64,000 nucleotides of DNA, taken from assembly GCA_964035575.1 (NCBI GenBank), contig OZ037845.1, forward strand, positions 186,001 to 250,000, in the 5' to 3' direction. This stretch comes from Rhynchopus sp. YZ270_cl-10. Taxonomy: Eukaryota. This document shows positions 57,965 to 64,000 of the stretch, piece by piece (position 1 is the first letter of the stretch; each line of letters starts with the position of its first letter). The position numbers and the translations under genes were made by a program. The notes under the pieces are model-generated. The model worked only from the letters and a program-made list of their open reading frames with translations. It had not been told where the DNA came from and made no database searches.

Positions 57965-59722
57965 TCTCGTGAATAGTCACCTTCAAAAAGAAAAACAAGT
58001 TTATATCACAGCCGCCAGTGCCTCATGCCGGTACACCATCCTTTGATGTCTAAACCAGTGAGCTGTAACGGACCCCGGCAATGCCACGCGAAAAAAGAAC
58101 ATCGAGCTTATGTAAGCCCTCGTGAAACCAGACGGGGGGGGAGCACGCCATGCAGCGAGTAAGTGTTGAAGGATGTGTCAAAACACACATAAAGACGTTG
58201 AAAGTGCAAAAAAAAACACCAAAAATAGGCATTTTACGTGAGAACGATACCTGGACAGTGCAGATTGGGTAGCAGGCACTCATCCATTTTTAACGGATGA
58301 TCAGGGGGAAAACCCCCAAAAAGAGCAATCTAGGTACGACGTGTCTACAGTAAAGACAAACGGCAGCAAGGCTTCCACTCTCTGGAAGCGTACCCCCCTT
58401 ACACAGTACCCCGTTGTCTTCTCGCTGAGCATCCTACTGCGAGAATCGCCCTATATAACAAAGGAAAAGTCTATCAAATGAACAGCACCTCTTGCAAGTC
58501 ACATATAACAAATCATAGTGTAGTAAATACAGACACCTCACTGAGAACTCAGGATGCACACAAATAACAAAAACAGTACCACACGCGACGCTTTTTGGTG
58601 GATTCCTAAGCCACAAAAAATAGAGATTTTTTTTTTGAATAGAATTTTGAAAAATGTGCAAAAAATCAACGCCTCAAAACAACCAAACGGACATTGAAAT
58701 AAAGTTTTGACTTGAAATACAACAGCCCTTTCATAACAATGTACCCTTGGTATATGACCGGTGCGTGGGGTGGACCCCCAACCCATGCAGTCTTACATCT
58801 ATTTTCGAGGTGAACCATCTGACAAAAAGGCATTGAAGAAAACAGGGCGTGTGAGTGCAGGGCGGTTTTTTTTTGGGATAACAAAATAAAAAATACTGTA
58901 GAAAAGACAGGTTTGATTTTGTTATGGCAAAGGGCAAACTCACCAAACGGGCTAGTATGGTTGCACACACCGCATAGGTAGGTGAATATAAGATTGGTGC
59001 TCCGGGAGGGGTCGATATTGACAGGTCGCTGACAGGTCATTGACCGACTTCCGAAAGCACCAAAGATACAAAAAAACAAGAGGGGGGGGAAGTTGGTAAA
59101 GATGAATCTACGCCTTTCGTGATTAGTCATCTTTAAAACAAAAATGAGAGATAAAAGAAAAAAGTGAAGTTGGTAGTGCAAACACCTCTGGGACGCAGGG
59201 CACTGACGAAGGAAAAAAGAACACAAAAAGCAGGGCTCTCACAATTCTCCACGAAAAAAAAAAAGCAGAATTTTCGTGATAAGGAGTTTTTCTTGCTGCA
59301 AAAAAGCCTGGGGGGAAAAAAACCCCCACACCTACCTGGAGGAAAATCCTCCGGGAGAGGATCTTGAGAGCACTATGCACCCCTCAAACGATGAAGCTGC
59401 ATTTTTTTTCTTCTTTCTTTATAACTTTCTCTGTCAAAATCTGAAATGGCAAGACACGTCTTCTCTTTTCTCTCTGCAACAAAAAAAAAACAAAATATTT
59501 TTTCCTAAAATAAAATGGTTTTAGTTAGATGCCGAACCTCACATTCTGAGCCACCTTTAAAACCCCGTTGCATCATATGATTTCCTTTCAAACGGAAAAT
59601 CATTTCTCTATTTTTTTTTTTCCCCCTTTTTCCAAAAACTTGGTTTGTATTAGTGTAGACCATCCCAAGGAGGGGGGGGGGAAAGTTCTCTGAAAAAAAT
59701 ACGGATTTTTTTTTTTTTGCTT

Positions 59723-61315
59723 CTAAAAAATCCGCAGCAACATCAACCCAAAAAAGCACAACAGCATTACTGGGGCTATAACGTAGAGCACGGTTGTCCC
59801 GCAGTGCACATTGCTTGCTTGCACAGCGTCCATATCAATCACGCACATGAGGTTCTCCTGAGGTTTATTTGAGTAAGTGTAGCACAAATCATGACGACAT
59901 ACCTGCTCAACCCGCCTCTGCCATGCCTTCATGTCGGCCACCTCCTCAGACATGATTCTGTCGATAATTGAATGCACAGGCTCCGTACCTCCACCTCCAC
60001 CACGCCTTCCTGCATACCCCTCATCCCTGGTGAACGGTGATGTGGGTAGGGCACCACCTCCTTGGTGCTCCTCTACAGCCAGCCCTCTGTGCACACCCAC
60101 AGGGGGGCGCGCCGCGTGGACAGGAGTAGACCGCTGCTGTCCTAGTGTACGACTGCCTAGCACCAGAGGTGCGACGCGTGTTGTGCGTATTTTGGTGCCC
60201 ACCCGTTTCTGCGGCTTGGGGCACAACGCGAACAGTGCTTGTAGTGCTTCCGTGCAGAAGGCCTCCTCCAGCTCGAGGAGGCCGCGTAGTGCAGCCTCAC
60301 CCCGTACAGTGCAGTTTCTCTGCAGGATGTGCTCCATCATGCGTTCCAGCAGCTGTGTCTCTAGGTTCTTCGATGACCATGCATGCCCCTTTTCATCTGC
60401 CAACTCTGTCACCGTGATGCTATGGGTATGTGGACGTGCCGACTTCGACGACTTTGACCTCCGTGCAAGACGCAATGCTGTAGCAGACCTGCCCTGCACT
60501 GTTACGGACCGCAACGACGCTGCCAGCGACGATGCCATCAACGGCTGTGGCGGTGGTGATGCCACACCGTTCTGCACCTCCGCCACATGGTTGTCCCGCA
60601 CTGTCGCAATCACTGTACCCTCCGGGCTTTGCAGGAGCAGTGGTGATGGGGTGGAGATGGTCGGCGTCTCCCTTGCCGATGCTACCGAGGGATGCCGCGA
60701 GGATGCAGAGGAAGCATCATCGTCAAGCAGAATCCATCCACCTCCTCCTCCTCCCCCTCCCCCCTGCACCACAGAAGACACCGACATACTAGACCTAGCA
60801 CCATATGACGGTGTTGGTGTCCCCACCACCACACCTCCAGCCTTAGCCCACCAACGCCGTCCGTGGTCGTCTTTTCGCACCCGATCCTCTGGTGGAGGCG
60901 ACGGTGTTGGTGTGATGTGCTGTGCACACCCTGCCTGGCGAGCGCAATCCTCTTCGCAGAGGTCCCAGCCACTGCTGATCTTGCTGAAGGCATCGTCGTG
61001 GTCGTCGTTTGGTGTGCTGTTGGTATGCGGGGAGGGTGCGGTCTTGCCTACCGGAGAGGCACGCCCCACACCAGGCACGTTGTACGTTGTTGCAAACCCC
61101 GACGACCATGACGTCGTGCTCGCCACACTCTCCCCTTCAGAGTCAGATCGGCTCTTCAAAGGGGAAGGCTGCTTCGGAACCACGCCTGGGAGATCTAGAG
61201 GAGACACCAGTGTGCTTGGAAGGGTGCGGCGGGGTGGTGGCGTGGCAGCTGGTGCAGGTGGAGGAGGTAACGACGTTGAAGGTGAAGGCGAAGATAAGGA
61301 AGGGGCCACCTCCAT
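59723..61315 (-). CDS. Ser/Pro-rich hypothetical protein with C-terminal TM helix; probable intron 59858-59902
   Basis: Long ORF from MEVAPSLSS; 45-nt GTATGT...CCTCAG in-frame intron; C-terminal TVLYVIAPVMLLCFFGLMLLRIF. Confidence 0.7.
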   Translation of the reverse strand: MEVAPSLSSPSPSTSLPPPPAPAATPPPRRTLPSTLVSPLDLPGVVPKQPSPLKSRSDSEGESVASTTSWSSGFATTYNVPGVGRASPVGKTAPSPHTNSTPNDDHDDAFSKISSGWDLCEEDCARQAGCAQHITPTPSPPPEDRVRKDDHGRRWWAKAGGVVVGTPTPSYGARSSMSVSSVVQGGGGGGGGGWILLDDDASSASSRHPSVASARETPTISTPSPLLLQSPEGTVIATVRDNHVAEVQNGVASPPPQPLMASSLAASLRSVTVQGRSATALRLARRSKSSKSARPHTHSITVTELADEKGHAWSSKNLETQLLERMMEHILQRNCTVRGEAALRGLLELEEAFCTEALQALFALCPKPQKRVGTKIRTTRVAPLVLGSRTLGQQRSTPVHAARPPVGVHRGLAVEEHQGGGALPTSPFTRDEGYAGRRGGGGGTEPVHSIIDRIMSEEVADMKAWQRRVEQVCRHDLCYTYSNKPQENLMCVIDMDAVQASNVHCGTTVLYVIAPVMLLCFFGLMLLRIF

Positions 61316-63116
61316 TGTGCGTAGGGTGGAGGATGGAGGGTGGAGGGGGTGGAGGAGGGGAAGGAGACAAGGAGAAAGACCCCCTCGAAGTGTGGCCTGT
61401 ATTGGATAGGGGGATGTGGGAAAAGTTTGACACAATGAAGTACTGTATTAAGTGCAAAAAGTATTGACCGTAAAAAAAAGGAACTCCAACTTCCAGAAAA
61501 AATCCTGAAAAAGGTCGAGCATTATTACGATCGGTCTTTGGTTTTACTTCTGTTTTTTACCGCCCTTTGGATGACCGGGGTGCATCGGGGTGGTACCTCC
61601 AACCGAGGTTGACATATGGAGAAGAAAAAAAAAAATGAAGAAAAACCTGGGGGGAAAGAGGGGGGCTTTTTTTTGATTCCTCTCATCCGATTTGTTTGTT
61701 TGACATTTCTTGTTTTTTTGTGCGCGGAGGTGTGGAGGGTGTGTGGGGGGGGATACGCAGAGTCTGGGCAGCAGCAGCTACCGGGTTTTATTGAACCACC
61801 ATCCCCTCTGCAATATTTGATTGTATTTTATTTTTTTTATGCAAGAGTTCGATATTTCTTTTTAAAGCCCGACTCATAAAAGGGGGGAATGAATGTCATG
61901 AAGAATGATTTCGTATACGGAGTGCAGTCCTGCAACACAACACACAATAGTGAATGTAAAATTACCTTTGAGGTATCGCCTTACTTTGATAGTTTCATTA
62001 ACCACCAAAGAAAAACCACAAAACCAATTTTACTTCACATGCAGTCTCATTTTATTTTGTGGTTTTTGTGTGCAAACGCGAATTTTTTATCTTATTGCGT
62101 CGTGAAAAAGCTTTACTTCCTCGGCCAGGCACAACGAAATTGGGATGTTCTCGAGAGGAGAGCTGAGGGGGGGGGGGGGACAAAACAAAACGAAGAAGAA
62201 TATAAGAGGAAGCAGGGGACGGGGTAGACAGGGCACTCGTGGTATCAAAGATAAGGCGAAGGGCTACATACTAAGCTGATATAACTCCAAATATTGCAAA
62301 GGTGGAAACATTCTACACAAAAAGAGACATATATTTGACAATGTGCAAAACGTCGTTCATTCCGTAAACATTGTCAAAAATAAGGGGGGGTAGAGTTGAC
62401 AGTCCAAACGCTGGGACGCAGGTACTGATACCCTGTGGAGGGGGAAGGATAAGTTTGATAAGACGATTCTAAGCCTGTGCTTTTTGGTCATCTGGCAAAA
62501 TAAAAGAGAAGTTGAAAGTGCAAATGCCTTATCATCGGCGGACGCAAGGTACAAATAAATTCATTCTGTCGGGTTACACAGAACCCTGTGCCTTCAAACC
62601 TCCAAAAAATGCTGTGAAAAAGAGGGGGAAAAAAAACACAAAGATGAATCCGCACGGGGTGATACACACTAGTTCTTCCGATGTTTTTTTTGTTTTTTGA
62701 TCACTTTCTGCTGTTTTGCCTTGCAAATATTGCCTCAGTTTTTGAACCACAAACACCATTCGACAAAAAAAAATAACTAAAATAACCACACCTCCTATTT
62801 TTTGAAATTGAAACAAACAAACAACGGGGCCGGGGGGGTATACTGGGTAACCACTCTGTCCTTTTGAACCTCCCTTCCCCCCCTACGTTTTTCCCACCCA
62901 CCTCCCACTTCCCCTTTCGCAATGCAGTCGCTGTCCAATCGTTGTGGGGAAAAACACAAATGGCCACAAACTCCTGGCAGCGCCTAAACACTTGCAAAAA
63001 AAGAGGAAAAAAAAACACAATACTGAACGAATGGGTGCAGCAGCACTAGGCGCCAAATAATGGAACGTTTTTATATGCACCAATCATCGCGTGCACCTGC
63101 AACATCGGGTCTGTAT

Positions 63117-64000
63117 CTACAGAGGGATGTTGCCGTGCTTCTTCCACGGGTTTGTCACGGACTTGTTCTGAAGTCTCTCGAGGTCCTCGCAGATCTGTGA
63201 AAAGAGTGTTGACAGTGAAAACGTTATTCAGCTTGAAACAAAAGAAAGTGAAGCTGATAAAGGGGGGCCCCGTCGATTATTTACCTTTTGAAAAGGTAAA
63301 TAATACACGAAAGGTAAATAATACATGGAAGGTAAATAATACAATATTTGGACTTTATTAATTCAAAAGGTAAATAATATACGGTTTGACCTATTGCGGG
63401 TAAACGGTCCTGTTTTCGATGCACACCCACTAGACCCCCGACTCACTGCACAACAGATTTTCACACCCCGCCCTTCCCCCTCCCCGGAACCCCTCTCGCC
63501 GTCATGTTGAACGCCTCGACCCTTGCAGAGCTGAACCACCAGTGGGATGAGGTGCGCCGTGGCCGCTGCGAGATGGTCGTCGGCCTCGACGAGGCAAGCG
63601 TGGCGAGCCTGGACCTGGACGTTGAGAGCTTCAGCGACACGTCCAGTGCCTCAGAACTTCACCCAAAAAAAGCGGGGCGGAAAATTAATTAATTAAATGC
63701 CAATTCAAAAGGTAAATAATACACGAAAGGTAAATAATACAATGTTTGGCATTAAAAAGGTAAATAATACACGAAGGTAAATATTAAAATAGGTAAATAA
63801 TCGACGGGTCCCCCCTTTAGTGCAAACGGCACTTACAATACGCAGGTTATTTGTGAAATGTGAAAAGAAGTGACATTGCATCTATCAAGTCTTTGTGAAG
63901 GGGAGACTAGGGGAGGGCATGAAGCATACGAGTCTGCGGGTGTCGCTCGGGCGGATGACGGCATCGACGTATCCCTTCTTCGCTGCCTCGGCAGGGGTGC
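63117..64000 (-). CDS. PCCB: 3' end of propionyl-CoA carboxylase beta subunit; intron 63195-63929
   Basis: ...TPAEAAKKGYVDAVIRPSDTRRL | ICEDLERLQNKSVTNPWKKHGNIPL*, the typical PCC-beta C-terminus; GT-AG phase-0 intron. Confidence 0.88.
63260..63817 (+). mobile_element. TA-flanked non-autonomous DNA transposon (558 bp) in the PCCB intron
   Basis: About 27-bp TIR aagggggg(c/a)cccgtcgattatttacct with one mismatch; TA TSD; internal aaggtaaataata repeats; short ORF remnant 63504-63692. Confidence 0.85.

Overview
Eukaryotic nuclear DNA, most likely a euglenozoan protist such as a diplonemid. This is inferred from three things: every supported protein gene lies on the minus strand; short GT-AG introns have GTAYG donors and CA-rich ...ACAG acceptors; and an 18S rRNA fragment has euglenozoan-like features. 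Gene content: three Cys-rich secreted/membrane proteins, a possible PAM2-motif protein, three tandem S-adenosylmethionine synthetases, a long LOG/SLOG-family protein of possible bacterial origin, a PEX13-like peroxin (YG-rich N-terminus, SH3, PTS1-like end), a ubiquitin-like/WD40 protein, a Grx-fused thioredoxin reductase whose hidden last exon encodes the selenocysteine GCUG tail, a ~4057-aa secreted protein of 81 near-identical pacifastin-like units, a GST, two paralogues sharing an unrecognised domain, a tail-anchored low-complexity protein, and the 3' end of propionyl-CoA carboxylase beta. Intergenic DNA and introns hold several MITE/foldback elements with TIRs and TSDs, plus families of short, co-oriented dispersed repeats, including a hairpin with covarying stems. 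Family assignments come from motifs recognised by eye; no searches were run.
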